A stretch of 64,000 bases of DNA, taken from the NCBI GenBank assembly GCA_963817955.1, contig CAWFQK010000002.1, positions 128,001 to 192,000 on the forward strand. Direction: 5' to 3'. The number at the start of each line of letters is the position of its first letter. Within the stretch, counting starts at the first letter, position 1. Source of the stretch: an uncultured Gemmatimonadaceae bacterium. Lineage in GTDB: Bacteria > Gemmatimonadota > Gemmatimonadetes > Gemmatimonadales > Gemmatimonadaceae. Below are positions 16,869 to 27,883 of this stretch, in pieces. A model generated the notes under the pieces. It made no database searches and was not told where the DNA came from. It worked only from the letters and a program-made list of their open reading frames with translations. Both the position numbers and the translations under genes were made by a program.

Positions 16869-16943
16869 GGCCTTCGCTCAGAAGGTCGACGAGCGAACAC
16901 CACGCTTGCGGCCATCCGCAAGAGCGGCCTTACCGTCCAACGT

Positions 16944-18305
16944 TCACCGCTCCCAATGTCGCTGGCGCGCGATCTCGATCCCCGACACGCACGTCGTCAG
17001 CCACAGGAGACCCGCCGCGAGCCCCGCGCTTGCGTCGCTCACGAAGTGCTGGCCAAGGTACAGCCGCGCGACGATGATCGACCCCACCAGCGCTGTCGTG
17101 ACCGTGACGATGAGAGTGCGCCAAGCCGGCGATCGAACGAACGAGAACAGCAGATACGCGAGCATGCCGTATCCCACGAGCACGCCCAGCGCGTGCCCGC
17201 TGGCCAGGCCGGTAGTCCATTGGAGAAGCACAATGTCCGCGAAGGGCAGCTCTGACCGCCGTACGACGAATCGCAATGCGGCGTCGAGCAGCGATCCACC
17301 AATGAACGCTGCACACCAGCCGGCGAGGACGAGTCCTTCCCTGCGCACAGCGTAGACGAGCGCGCCGCCGAACAGCAGCAACGTCATGGCACCGCGACCA
17401 CCCAGGCTGCTCAGAAACGCGAACGCCGCGAGCGCGCCGGGCGCCACGGACTGATGCAGCCGCGATGCGACGCCCACGTCGAAGCGGGTGAGCGGCGAGG
17501 TGTCTATCAGGCCTTCCGTGATCGACGCAAAGATGCCGATCACCGCGAGACTCACACCGAATCCAATCGCCAGGTGCAGCACGAGGTACTCGCCCTGCGC
17601 AAAACGACCGGTGATGAACCGCCACACCCGCGGATGCCGCGAGTGCAGGCGGCTCATGCGCGGCGTGGCCGATGCGCGCGCCCACCGGCGGTCGAGTTCG
17701 GCAAGCACACTCGTTCGGTTTCGCGCAAACCAGCGCCACGCGAACACGACTCCGGCAACCAGCGCGATGAGGAGCGCAAGAATGAGACTGACGCGCCCAA
17801 TGTAATGGACCAGTCGCGGCAGGTTGCGTCCGAAGGCGTATCCAAGAATGCTGAACGACAACGCCCAGACCGCGCCACCCACCGCGTTGTACAGCGCAAA
17901 AACGCGGATTGGCATTCCCGACATGCCGGCGAAGATGCCGACGAAGCTGCGCACGAACGCCACGAACCGTCCGAGCAACACGGTTTTCGCGCCGTGCTGG
18001 GCGAAGAAGCGATGCGTCCGCTCCATCCGCTCTTCGGTCACCATGATCCAACGCCCGTGGCGTGCAATGAGCGCAGTACCACCACGCGCTCCAATCCAGT
18101 ACCCAGTCTGGCCGCCGGCGATGGTTCCAATGCAACCGGCGATTATGACCCCGACGATCGACAGCGTGCCGCGGCCGGCGAGCGCCGCGGCAGTGACCAG
18201 CGCGGTTTCACCGGGAATCGGCACGCCTGCGCCTTCGACGAGCAGAAAGATCGCAACCAATACATAGCCATAATGGGATACCCACTGGCTAACGACGTCG
18301 AGCAT
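16944..18305 (-). CDS. DedA-PAP2 fusion membrane protein
   Basis: DedA motifs EGAGVPIPGET and GRFVAFVR; PAP2-like ASGH and ARLYLGQHFVSD. Confidence 0.9.
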   Translation of the reverse strand: MLDVVSQWVSHYGYVLVAIFLLVEGAGVPIPGETALVTAAALAGRGTLSIVGVIIAGCIGTIAGGQTGYWIGARGGTALIARHGRWIMVTEERMERTHRFFAQHGAKTVLLGRFVAFVRSFVGIFAGMSGMPIRVFALYNAVGGAVWALSFSILGYAFGRNLPRLVHYIGRVSLILALLIALVAGVVFAWRWFARNRTSVLAELDRRWARASATPRMSRLHSRHPRVWRFITGRFAQGEYLVLHLAIGFGVSLAVIGIFASITEGLIDTSPLTRFDVGVASRLHQSVAPGALAAFAFLSSLGGRGAMTLLLFGGALVYAVRREGLVLAGWCAAFIGGSLLDAALRFVVRRSELPFADIVLLQWTTGLASGHALGVLVGYGMLAYLLFSFVRSPAWRTLIVTVTTALVGSIIVARLYLGQHFVSDASAGLAAGLLWLTTCVSGIEIARQRHWER

Positions 18306-18462
18306 CCGTGTATCACTGATCGGGGTGGGCCGCTGGCCGGGAGCACGGTGCCACGGCCACTAGGAAAGCTCGGTTGCCCGACGCCACGCCACAAGCGCCG
18401 TCTTCCTCCACGACCCCGGAGGTACGATCCTTCAATGACCTTCTCTCACCACGGCGAACGAT

Positions 18463-19038
18463 ATGGCGACTCTCACGCTTGATCCAGCAACGACGGCGCT
18501 CGTCGTCATCGACCTTCAGCGTGGCATCGCGGGCATGCCGACGGTACCGCACGCCGCGGCAGACGTCATTGCGCGTTCGGTGCAGCTCGCAGGCGCCTTC
18601 CGCGCGAAAGGCGCACTGGTGGTGCTCGTTCGCGTGGACCCCGGTCCATCGGGCGAGCTTATGCCGAGCGGGATCACCGACATCGAACGGCCGCGTATTT
18701 CGCCGCCCCCGGGGTGGACGGATATCGTGCCGGAGCTCGGTCCGCAGTCAGGGGACGTCGTCGTGACGAAGCATCAGCCGGGTGCGTTCTACGCCACCGA
18801 TCTCGAAGTCCAGCTCCGCCGGCGCGGCATACAGACGATCGTCCTCTGCGGCGTCGCCACGAACGTTGGCGTCGAAGCGACGGCCCGTGTGGGCTTCGAA
18901 CACGGGTACAATCTGGTGTTCGCGGCAGACGCCATGGCGGCGCGCGACGCGGAGCTGCACACGATGAGCACCACCAGGTTCTTCCCCACGATCGGCCGCG
19001 TGCGGACCGCCGAGGAGATCGTGGCAGCGCTTACCTGA
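18463..19038 (+). CDS. isochorismatase family hydrolase (YecD-like)
   Basis: TALVVIDLQRGI, KHQPGAFY.TDLE..LR, GVATNVGVEATAR. Confidence 0.92.
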   Translation: MATLTLDPATTALVVIDLQRGIAGMPTVPHAAADVIARSVQLAGAFRAKGALVVLVRVDPGPSGELMPSGITDIERPRISPPPGWTDIVPELGPQSGDVVVTKHQPGAFYATDLEVQLRRRGIQTIVLCGVATNVGVEATARVGFEHGYNLVFAADAMAARDAELHTMSTTRFFPTIGRVRTAEEIVAALT

Positions 19039-19040
19039 TC

Positions 19041-22000
19041 TTACTCGGCGAGACGGTAGCCGCGGCCGCGGATGGTCACGAGGAGCGACGGCACGAGGAA
19101 CAACGTGATCGGTGTGGAGAGCGCCAGTCCGCCGATCACCGCGAGCGCGAGCGGACGCTGCATGTCGCTGCCCGCACCGATACCGAGCGCCAATGGCAAC
19201 AGGCCGAACAACGTACAGAGCGTCGTCATGAGAATTGGTCGCAGGCGAATGCGCGCCGCTTCGCGGAGCGCCGGTTCCAGGGTCAGGCCGTCGTCGCGCA
19301 TGAGATGCCGCGTGAAGTCGAGTAGAATGATGCCGTTCTTCACGATGAGCCCCACGAGCAGTATCAGTCCCATGAACGATGACACATTGAGCGGAGTGCC
19401 GGTAATGACGAGCAACCCGATCGCGCCAACGAACGACAGCGGCGCCGCGAGCAGCACTACCAGCGGCTCGATGAACGACTGGAACTGAATCACCATCACC
19501 GCAATGACGCTGGCGCCGGCCAACGCCAGCACGAGAAGGAGTGCTTTGAACGCTTCTTGTTGGCTGGCATACTGGCCGCCGATCTCGAGGCGAATCCCCG
19601 GCGGCGGCGGCATCGATGCGAGCACTGCCTTCACATCCTTCATCACGGCACTGAGCGAACGGTCGCCGAGGTCCCCCGTCGCGCGAATCATCTGCTGCTG
19701 GTTCTCTCGCAGAAGCTCGGAACGCGTGTCTGCCGGGTGGAACGTCGCCAGGGCGCCGAGCGGCACCGTGACGTGCGTTTGCGGCGAGAAGATGGGAACG
19801 GCACCGAGGAGTCGCGGGTCGAAGCGCACGGAATCGGGAGCGCGCGTTCGCACGGCAACGGAGCGGTCTTCCAATCGTACCTCTCCGGCCGGCACGCCAA
19901 TCAATGCTCCGCTCAATTGATCGGCCACCTGAACGGGCGTGAGGCCGACGCGATTGGCCTCTGCCTGGTTGATCGTCATCTCCAGTTCGGCGCTCGGCTC
20001 GCTCACGCCGTTGTAGTAGTCCTCGATCCCGTCAATCTTGGACAGCTTTGGCTCGAGGGTCCGGGCATACGCCTCCAGCCCGTTCAGGTCGGGGCCGAAC
20101 AGCTTGATCTCCACCGGCCGCGCCGCGCCGGCCAGGTCGTTGATGACGTCGGAGAGAATCTGCACAAACTCGATGCGCAGCCGCGGCACGGCCGACTGCA
20201 CCTTAGTCCTGACGTCAGCGATCACTTGGAAGGTGGACCGGCCGCGCTCGCGTTCTGGTTGTAGACGCGCCACCATGTCGCCGCGGTTCTGCTCCGTGGC
20301 GAACAAACCAAGCTCCGCGCCCGTACGGCGCGAAATTCCGGTGATCTCCGGCGTATTGAGCAGGGTGTCCTCGACGATGTGGACCTGCCGGTCCGTCTCG
20401 GCGAGGGCGGTGCCGCCAGGGCTCCAGTAGTCGAGCACGAACGCGCCTTCGTCGATCTCCGGTAGAAATCCGGTCGGCGCAATGCGCTGCATGATCACGC
20501 CGGCCACCAAGAGTACCGCGACAACCGGAATGAGCCACCGCGAATGACGGAGTGCCGCTCCGAGAGCGCGTGCATATCGTTCGGACAACGAATCGATCGC
20601 CCGACCAAGGCGCGCCAGCAGGCCTGGCGACGCGGCGGTGCTCGGCGCCTCGTCGGCAACATCCTCGGTGCGCAGAAAGCGCTCGCTGAGCAGCGGGATG
20701 ATCGTGAGCGCCACGATGAGCGACACGAGCACGGCGATCGTGAGGGTGATCGACAGCGCCTTGAAGAACTGTCCCTCGACGCCGGTGAGCAAGCCGAGCG
20801 GCAGGAACACCACTACGGTCGTGATGGTGGACGTCGTCACCGGCCAGATCAATTCCTGAACGGCATCGCGGATGGCCAAGCGGCGGTCAGGCTGCAAGTG
20901 AGCGTGCCTGACGATATTCTCGGTGATCACCACGGCATCGTCGATCACGAGCCCGATGGCGATCGCCATCGCCCCCAGCGTCATCAGGTTGAACGTCTGT
21001 CCCATCATCGACATGACGAACACCGTGATCGCCATCGTGATCGGAATGGACGACGCACTGATGGCCGTAATGCGAGCGTGGCGGAGAAAGAGCAGCAGGA
21101 TGATGACGGCGAGCGCGGCACCGATGAGCATCGCGTCGCGCACCGACCTGACCGCGTCACGCACCAGCGCCGCCTGATCGTAGACCGCCTTGAGCGTGAT
21201 GCCCGGCGGCAAGGTCTTGCGCAGCGACGCTGCGATCGCTGCGACACTGTCGGCGATCGCGACGCTGTTGCCGCCAGGTTGGCGCGAGATGTTGATCAGG
21301 GCGGCTGGCCGGCCGTCACCGGCCACGATCCGTACGTGGTCCTCCGTGCCGGAGACGACACGCGCCAGATCCTCGACACGCAAACCGTGTCCGACGACGA
21401 TCTTCGCGATGTCGTCCGGCGAATGCGCCTCTGTTGTCGTGACGATCAGATACTGCCTGTAATCCTCCGGCATGCGCCCAACGGCATCGACCGTCGTGGA
21501 GGCACTGATTGCCGCAGCCAGATCGGCGTAGGTGAGTTGCTGGGCCGCGAGTTGCCCGGATCCGCAATGACCTCCACCTCGCGGACGTCGCTGCCCTGGA
21601 CGTCTACGCGGCCGACGCCCGGCACCCGTGAAATGAGCGGCTTGATCTGATAGCGGGCCAAATCGTAGAGCGTCGCCGGGTCGCCGCCCTCGAGGTTGTA
21701 TGAAAGAATTGGAAACAGCGACGGCGTCAGCCGCTCCACCTCGAGTCCGACGTCGGCCGGCAACGTGCTCCGGACCTGGTTGATGCGCGCCTGGACCTGT
21801 TGCAGCGCGACGACCATGTCCGTCTTCGGCGCAAACGTGATGTTGGTCTCGCTCCCGCCACGAATGGAGCGCGACTGCACGCGGGTGACGCCGGGAACGA
21901 TGCTGACGGCTTCCTCGATCGGCCGCGTCACGCCGAACAGCACTTGCCGCGCGCCGAGTGAACTGCCCTCCGCCACCACGGTAATGCGCGAGAACTCGAG

Positions 22001-22129
22001 CTCGGGATAAATGGCCGACGGCAGGACCAGTGCCGCGTAGATGCCAGCGACGCTGGCGACGGTGATGATGAGATAGACGAACCGTCGCTGCGCGGCGAGG
22101 ACCCCGAATAGTCCGCCGGAGCCGCTCAC
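19041..22129 (-). CDS. RND efflux permease (CusA/CzcA-AcrB family), 1-bp frameshift near 21557
   Basis: ORFs 21446..22129 and 19041..~21555 join into one RND protein; IGLVIDDAVV, VKNGIIL, RLRPILMT. Confidence 0.9.
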
Positions 22130-23235
22130 GGCTTGGCCGCCTTTCCCGGCGCAGCTGGAGGCGCCGCCGGTACCAACGGCATGATGCGCGCACTGTCCTG
22201 CACCGCATACGCGCCGTGTGTCACGATCTTTTCTCCGGCGTGCAATCCTTCGGCAATCTCGGCCGTGCTCGTCGTCTTGCCGCCCACTGTGACCTCGCGT
22301 TCATGCGCGATGCCCGTTGGATCGACGACGAAGACCTTGTACTTCTCGCCCTCCGGCACGAGCGCCTCGAGCGGAATGACGATCGCCGAGGGCAGACTCG
22401 TCACCGCGATCGCGCCGAAGATCGTTTCGCCAATGCGTAATCGACGGCGTGTCGTCGGCGCTTGTACACGCACCGCAATGCTGCGCGTGACCGAGTCCAC
22501 CATTCCGGAAACGCCCACAACGGTTCCAACGCCCAGTGGCTCACCGTTCGCCGACTGACCGGCACTGAGCGTGACCTTCGCATGCGGTTGCACGCGGCCC
22601 GCGTCGGACGGTGTGACGCTCAACAGCACGTCGAGCGCACTGGGGTCGGAAATCTCGACGAGCGGCTGGGCCGGATCGACCGATGCACCGAGCGTGGCCG
22701 ACATGTGTGTCACGACGCCGTTGATTGGAGAACGCAGCACGGCGAGCTGCGATGCTCGGCGTGCTGCGTTCTCGTCCGCCCGCGCTCTGGCTACGTCAGC
22801 CGCCGCCGTCTCCGCGTCCTTGCGAGGGACGATCCCTTCATCCGCCAACCGTTGCTGCCGTTCATTCGCCCGCTCGGCAGCCGCCAACGCGGCGGCCGCG
22901 GTACGCAGCGCTGCGTCGAATGGCGCTTGATCGAGCTCGACGAGCGCCTCACCCGCCTGCACAGGCTGTCCGGTGGCCGCGAGCACCGTCGCGATCCGAC
23001 CGGCCGCCGGCGCGCTGAGTGTCGCAACGTGCCCGGCACGCGCAACGACGTTGCCGATTGCGCCAACCGTTTCAGTGAAGGGCTGTGGCGTCACCACCAG
23101 CGTGGTCGCCGTGACCGCTGCAGCAGGCGCGGACTCTGACTCGACGTCCTTGTCCTTCCGGCACGATGCCGCGACCACCAGTACGCTCACGAGACCGATG
23201 CGTGAGAGAATGTCAGACATGATTCTTCGAGTCAT
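22126..23235 (-). CDS. RND membrane fusion (periplasmic adaptor) lipoprotein
   Basis: Lipobox AASC; lipoyl/hairpin motifs RSPINGVV; GLHAGEKIV. Confidence 0.92.
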   Translation of the reverse strand: MTRRIMSDILSRIGLVSVLVVAASCRKDKDVESESAPAAAVTATTLVVTPQPFTETVGAIGNVVARAGHVATLSAPAAGRIATVLAATGQPVQAGEALVELDQAPFDAALRTAAAALAAAERANERQQRLADEGIVPRKDAETAAADVARARADENAARRASQLAVLRSPINGVVTHMSATLGASVDPAQPLVEISDPSALDVLLSVTPSDAGRVQPHAKVTLSAGQSANGEPLGVGTVVGVSGMVDSVTRSIAVRVQAPTTRRRLRIGETIFGAIAVTSLPSAIVIPLEALVPEGEKYKVFVVDPTGIAHEREVTVGGKTTSTAEIAEGLHAGEKIVTHGAYAVQDSARIMPLVPAAPPAAPGKAAKP

Positions 23236-24431
23236 GGCGAGGTAACCGGCGCGGGCGTGAGCGCGAGCACACGCAACTCTGCTGTAGCGATCCAGGCATT
23301 CGTGAGATCATCGATGTATTGGCCGAGCACGTCGCGGGCATTGCGTTGCGCCTCGAGCACGTTGGGCAGCGCCGACGCACCCTCGCGATACGCAACGAGC
23401 GCCATGGCTTGCACGCGATTGGCACTCACGACGAGCTGCCGGTCGCGCACAACTTTGGCGAGCGCATTCTCGCGCTCGCGCAAGGCGTGCGCGGTCTCGT
23501 TGCGCGCCTCCACCCGTGCGACCGTGAGCTCCGCCGCGGCGCGCGAACGCTCTGCTTCAGCCTGAGCAATCGCACCACGATTGCGGTCGAACAACGGCAA
23601 TCCGATGCCGATGCCGAACGTCGGCAACAGCCCGGGCTGGCTCGGGTCGCGATTCTCAACTCCGATCGAGACGAACGGCGACGTCCAGATCGACCGCCGC
23701 TGCAACTGTGCGCTCAGCGTCGCCGATTCGAGCGATAGACTCGCTGCGGCTTCGCTCACGGTCGTCTGACCCGGCAGGTCCGCCGCGGGTGGTTCGGCCA
23801 GCGAATCGGTGGCGCGTATCTCGACCCGGTCAGACGTCATTCCCAGAACAGCCTGAAGGTCGAGCAGGGCCGAAATCCAGGTGAGCGAATCGGCGGCAGC
23901 GAGATTGGCCTGCTGCCCTGCATTCACGCGGGCGAGCTCGACGTCCATGTCGCTCGCATCGCCAGCGTCGCGCCGACGCTCCACCATGTGCAGGAGGCTG
24001 TCCGCGTCGAGCGCGTTGCGCCTCGACAGCGCCAATCGCTCGCGCGCGGCAAGGGCGTGGCTGTAGGTGGTATCAGCGTCGAGCGCAATGACGGCACGCG
24101 CGAACTGGAATCGCAACTGTGCCGCCTGGAATCCGAGCTGCGCGGCGCGGACGCGCGGCTGCCGGATCCACGGCAAGTCGATCGGGATGTCGGCGCTGAC
24201 ATGATAGTTCGGCACCGACTTGCTGTAGCTCGCCGCGAGCGCTGGGTTGGGCGCTGCCCGCGCCACGGTCAGCCCGGCGCTGGCAACCGCCGTGTCGGCG
24301 CGCGCCACACCCAAACGGGCTCCGCGCTCCAGCGCGGTCTGGACGGCATTGGTCCGTGTCAACGGAATTTGCGCGACGGCGGGCGCAGCAACGGCCACGC
24401 ATGCCACGACCAGGGCAATGCGAATGCGCAT
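23232..24431 (-). CDS. TolC-family outer membrane efflux protein
   Basis: Signal peptide; LPLFDRNRGAI, AYREG...VLEAQR motifs; operon context. Confidence 0.9.
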   Translation of the reverse strand: MRIRIALVVACVAVAAPAVAQIPLTRTNAVQTALERGARLGVARADTAVASAGLTVARAAPNPALAASYSKSVPNYHVSADIPIDLPWIRQPRVRAAQLGFQAAQLRFQFARAVIALDADTTYSHALAARERLALSRRNALDADSLLHMVERRRDAGDASDMDVELARVNAGQQANLAAADSLTWISALLDLQAVLGMTSDRVEIRATDSLAEPPAADLPGQTTVSEAAASLSLESATLSAQLQRRSIWTSPFVSIGVENRDPSQPGLLPTFGIGIGLPLFDRNRGAIAQAEAERSRAAAELTVARVEARNETAHALRERENALAKVVRDRQLVVSANRVQAMALVAYREGASALPNVLEAQRNARDVLGQYIDDLTNAWIATAELRVLALTPAPVTSP

Positions 24432-24478
24432 GACCTCGAGGATCTGCAGGGAGATGCTAAGGCTATCGAAGGTACCTG

Positions 24479-25804
24479 TCAGGAAGATGACAGGCTGGTG
24501 AGCGGCGGGATGAGGGGAAATTGAACGCTGACCCTGGTGCCCTGTCCAGGTTGCGATCGAATCCGGATTGCCGCCGTGTGCTCTTCTGCGATCCATTCTG
24601 CTATGGAAAGGCCCAATCCGGCTCCCTCGGACACTGCACCCTCGGCCGCGCCTCGCTTGCGGGACGGATCTCCGCGATAGAAGCGCTCGAACACGTGCGG
24701 GAGCTGCTCCGGGCCAATGCCGATACCGTTGTCGCTCACCGTCAACATGGCACTGGGCCCCTCGCGCCGTACGTCGACCCGCACGACACCCCCCGATGAT
24801 GTGTACTTGATCGCGTTGTCGAGCAGGATCATGACGAGCTGCCGCAACAACAGGGCGTCGGCCCGCACCGGAGCTTCTTCGAACGATTCCACCTCGACGC
24901 GCACACCACGGCGCTCACCAACGATGCGTAGCGCGTCAGCCGCATCGAGCGTCACATCGTCGAGAAACACGCGCTGCAGATCGAGCGGCCGTTCGCCGGC
25001 GTCGGCGCGCGCGAGCATCAGGAGATCTTCGACGATGCGCCCCAGGCGGCCCGTCTCGCGTTCCACGCTTCGAAGCGCCGCGATGTAGTGTTCCGGCTCA
25101 CGACGACGTTGAAGCGCGACATCCGCCTGGCTGCGAACCACGGTGAGCGGTGTACGAAGTTCATGCGCGGCGTCGGCCATGAACCGACGCATATGCGCAA
25201 TGGCCCGCTCGACCGGCGCAGTGGATTGTCTCGCCAGGAGCCATCCGCCGCCCGCCACGAGCACGACGGCAACGAGCGCCGCCAGACCGAACCAGGCGAT
25301 GAGGGCCGCATACTTGTCCTCGAGCTCGATCTCATCCGCGGCCGCAACGGCGACCAACGCCGGCCTCGCTCGCACCGCGAATCGCTGTGCATACACGCGC
25401 AATACACGATCGGAGCCAATGGCACGCGTGGCGTGCACCTGTCCGGTCTGCCCGGCGGCACGCGCCAATCGCTCGATCCAGTCTGGAGCTGGCCCACCGA
25501 CCGGCCGGCCAAGCGTGTCGGTGAGGTACAGCGTACGGTCGGGAATGCGGATGCCGCTCGACAAATCGAACGGGCGATCATTCGACGCTGCCTGCGCGCG
25601 AACGGCCCGCACCAACGCCGATGACGCATCGCGTAGCGAGGCATCGAGATCGCGGTCGTACTGCCGCGTGATCGCCGCGAACATCCCCACGCCGAGTAGC
25701 GCGAGGATGGCGAAGAATGTCGCGCTGTACCATGCCGTGAGGCGCAGGCGAAGGCGGTGCAGCGACTGTGGAAGGGTCGCCCGAGGGATCCCGCGGTGAG
25801 TCAC
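24479..25804 (-). CDS. sensor histidine kinase
   Basis: Two TM segments; ADAAHELRTPL H-box; LLDNAIKY, DNGIGI, GAGLGL. Confidence 0.95.
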   Translation of the reverse strand: MTHRGIPRATLPQSLHRLRLRLTAWYSATFFAILALLGVGMFAAITRQYDRDLDASLRDASSALVRAVRAQAASNDRPFDLSSGIRIPDRTLYLTDTLGRPVGGPAPDWIERLARAAGQTGQVHATRAIGSDRVLRVYAQRFAVRARPALVAVAAADEIELEDKYAALIAWFGLAALVAVVLVAGGGWLLARQSTAPVERAIAHMRRFMADAAHELRTPLTVVRSQADVALQRRREPEHYIAALRSVERETGRLGRIVEDLLMLARADAGERPLDLQRVFLDDVTLDAADALRIVGERRGVRVEVESFEEAPVRADALLLRQLVMILLDNAIKYTSSGGVVRVDVRREGPSAMLTVSDNGIGIGPEQLPHVFERFYRGDPSRKRGAAEGAVSEGAGLGLSIAEWIAEEHTAAIRIRSQPGQGTRVSVQFPLIPPLTSLSSS

Positions 25805-26469
25805 TTACCGAGGCGGTAGCCAGCGCCGCGCAGCGTCTGAATGAGCCTCACAGTCTGCCCTTCATCCACCTTTCTCCGTAGCCGGCGCACGAGCACCTCG
25901 AGCACGTTGGTGAACGGATCGTGGTTCTCGTCCCACACGTGTGCCGTGATGGCGGCGCGGTCCACGACCTGGTCGTGATGGATCACCAGGCATTCGAGCA
26001 ACGCGTACTCTTTTGCCGTCAGCTCGATCTCGCGCCCGGCGCGCGTCACACGGTGCGCACGAAGATCAACGGCCAGATCGGCGACCACAACCGTCTCGGG
26101 AAGCGGCGTCGGACGGCGACGCCCCAGGGCGCGTAACCGCGCAACCAATTCGCGAAAGGCAAATGGCTTGGTGAGATAATCGTCAGCGCCGGCGTCGAGC
26201 CCCTGCACACGATCGTCCACCGCGTCGCGCGCGGTGAGCATCAGCACCGGCGCTCCAACCCCGCGCGACCGAATGGCCCGGCAGAGGTCGAACCCGCTAC
26301 CCCCCGGCAGCATGACGTCGAGTATGATCACGTCGAATGTGCCGAGCACGGCACGGGACCGACCACCGGCGAACGCATGTTCGACGACGATCTGTAGTCC
26401 CTCCTCGCTCAGTCCGCTCGCGATGACAGTGGCGAGCTCGGCATCGTCTTCGACGAGCAGGACGCGCAC
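25801..26469 (-). CDS. OmpR-family response regulator (CusR/CzcR-like)
   Basis: LLVEDD, LDVMLP, GADDYLTKPF, winged-helix TLRGAGY. Confidence 0.95.
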   Translation of the reverse strand: MRVLLVEDDAELATVIASGLSEEGLQIVVEHAFAGGRSRAVLGTFDVIILDVMLPGGSGFDLCRAIRSRGVGAPVLMLTARDAVDDRVQGLDAGADDYLTKPFAFRELVARLRALGRRRPTPLPETVVVADLAVDLRAHRVTRAGREIELTAKEYALLECLVIHHDQVVDRAAITAHVWDENHDPFTNVLEVLVRRLRRKVDEGQTVRLIQTLRGAGYRLGK

Positions 26470-26850
26470 TCAGGGCTTTTTCGTTGGCTTCGGCTTGGCG
26501 GGCTTCGCCTCGGCGGCCGATTCCTTCTTCTCGGCGGCCGCGGATTCGTGCTCGTGAGCGACCACCTTCCCGGTGACCGCATCGACGTTCACTTCCTCGG
26601 TGCCAGTCTTGCCTGCGACCTTGAGTTCGTATGAATAGATCAGCTTTCCCTTCTCCCGCTCGATCTCCACGCCTTGGATCGTGCCCTTGGGCACGCGTTT
26701 CTGGGCCGTGGCGGCGGCGATCTCTTCGGTGATCTTGACCTGCTTCATGAGCGAATCCGGCAGATCACGCTTATAGGTGGCCTGCGCATGCGCGGCGGGA
26801 ACGGCGACGAACATGGCGGCGAATCCAGCAACGAGCGATGTGTATTTCAT
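26470..26850 (-). CDS. PepSY domain secreted protein
   Basis: AGGAGG RBS; signal peptide; IT.E.A...A, YSYEL, EVNVDAVTGKVV. Confidence 0.88.
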   Translation of the reverse strand: MKYTSLVAGFAAMFVAVPAAHAQATYKRDLPDSLMKQVKITEEIAAATAQKRVPKGTIQGVEIEREKGKLIYSYELKVAGKTGTEEVNVDAVTGKVVAHEHESAAAEKKESAAEAKPAKPKPTKKP

Positions 26851-26885
26851 GATACCTCCTGGAGAAACAAACAAGAGTACGCGAT

Positions 26886-27716
26886 TCACGGAGTAAATGA
26901 AAATCCCAGGTTTGCTCCGCCGCCGGGTGCAGGCGACGCCTGCACGCCAAGGAGCAGGCGATCCACATAATTGCCGGGGTGTCCGTGATTGTATCGTACG
27001 ATCTTGATACCGCTGAACGTGCCAATCGCCGCCCCAAGCACCACGTCACTCGCCCAGTGCGCATTGTTGTACATGCGCGACAAGCCGACCAGCGTCGCGC
27101 CCCCGTACATCACCGGCGCCACGATCCAGGTCTGATGCGGCCACCACCGTTGCGATTCGCTCGTGACGACGGACGCGGCGGCAAATGCAGCCGACGTGTG
27201 GCCCGACGGGAATGAGGAGTAGCCGCCGGCCGAGCCAAACCCGCGCCCGAACTTGAAATCATGCGGGTTCGTGTCTACTGACACGTACGGTCTCGCTCGG
27301 CCCGCGAGACCTTTGACGAACGTCGTTGCCGTAGCCGACAACAATATTGCTTCCGACCCGTGCAAGCCGAGGTCGGCAACGGGCTTCCAGTTTGCGAGGC
27401 GCCCAACCCCATACATCGACACTCCAATGACCACCGATCCCGGGTCGGCAAAATACTGGAGGCCGCGCGACGCGTTCTTGAAGAAGTGATTGGCCTGCGT
27501 CGTCGAATCCTGCAGTCGCTTCGCGAACGAACGATCGAGCGGGAACATGGCCACGGTCAGCACGGAGAACCCACCAGCCAGAGCCGCATCGCGCCAAGTG
27601 AACAGCGTCTTTGCCGCGTGCACACTGTCGTTGGGCATTGGTGTCTGCGCAGATAAAGCCGGCACACCTGCGGCCAGAACGAGAGCAGCAACGGAGACGC
27701 GGAATCGGTGTGACAT
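26886..27716 (-). CDS. PAP2 family phosphatase
   Basis: K...GRARP, SFPSGH, SRMYNNAHWASDV (all three motifs intact). Confidence 0.9.
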   Translation of the reverse strand: MSHRFRVSVAALVLAAGVPALSAQTPMPNDSVHAAKTLFTWRDAALAGGFSVLTVAMFPLDRSFAKRLQDSTTQANHFFKNASRGLQYFADPGSVVIGVSMYGVGRLANWKPVADLGLHGSEAILLSATATTFVKGLAGRARPYVSVDTNPHDFKFGRGFGSAGGYSSFPSGHTSAAFAAASVVTSESQRWWPHQTWIVAPVMYGGATLVGLSRMYNNAHWASDVVLGAAIGTFSGIKIVRYNHGHPGNYVDRLLLGVQASPAPGGGANLGFSFTP

Positions 27717-27883
27717 GATGGTAGTCAACTGGGGCCTCGACGATCGAATGTTTCCAGCGCGTGTGTTGCGCAGCGGTTTGACGCCGCGAGGCACGCCGGC
27801 ACGTCAAGTCTCGATGGCTTTGCAACTGACGGTCCAGTGTTTGCGGCGAGACGCGTCACTCTTCTTCATGGAGCCGTACCTAT

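Noticed and set aside
18463..19038. Isochorismatase-family protein lacking the catalytic Cys
   Set aside because: The TN.GVE variant is normal for the YecD subgroup
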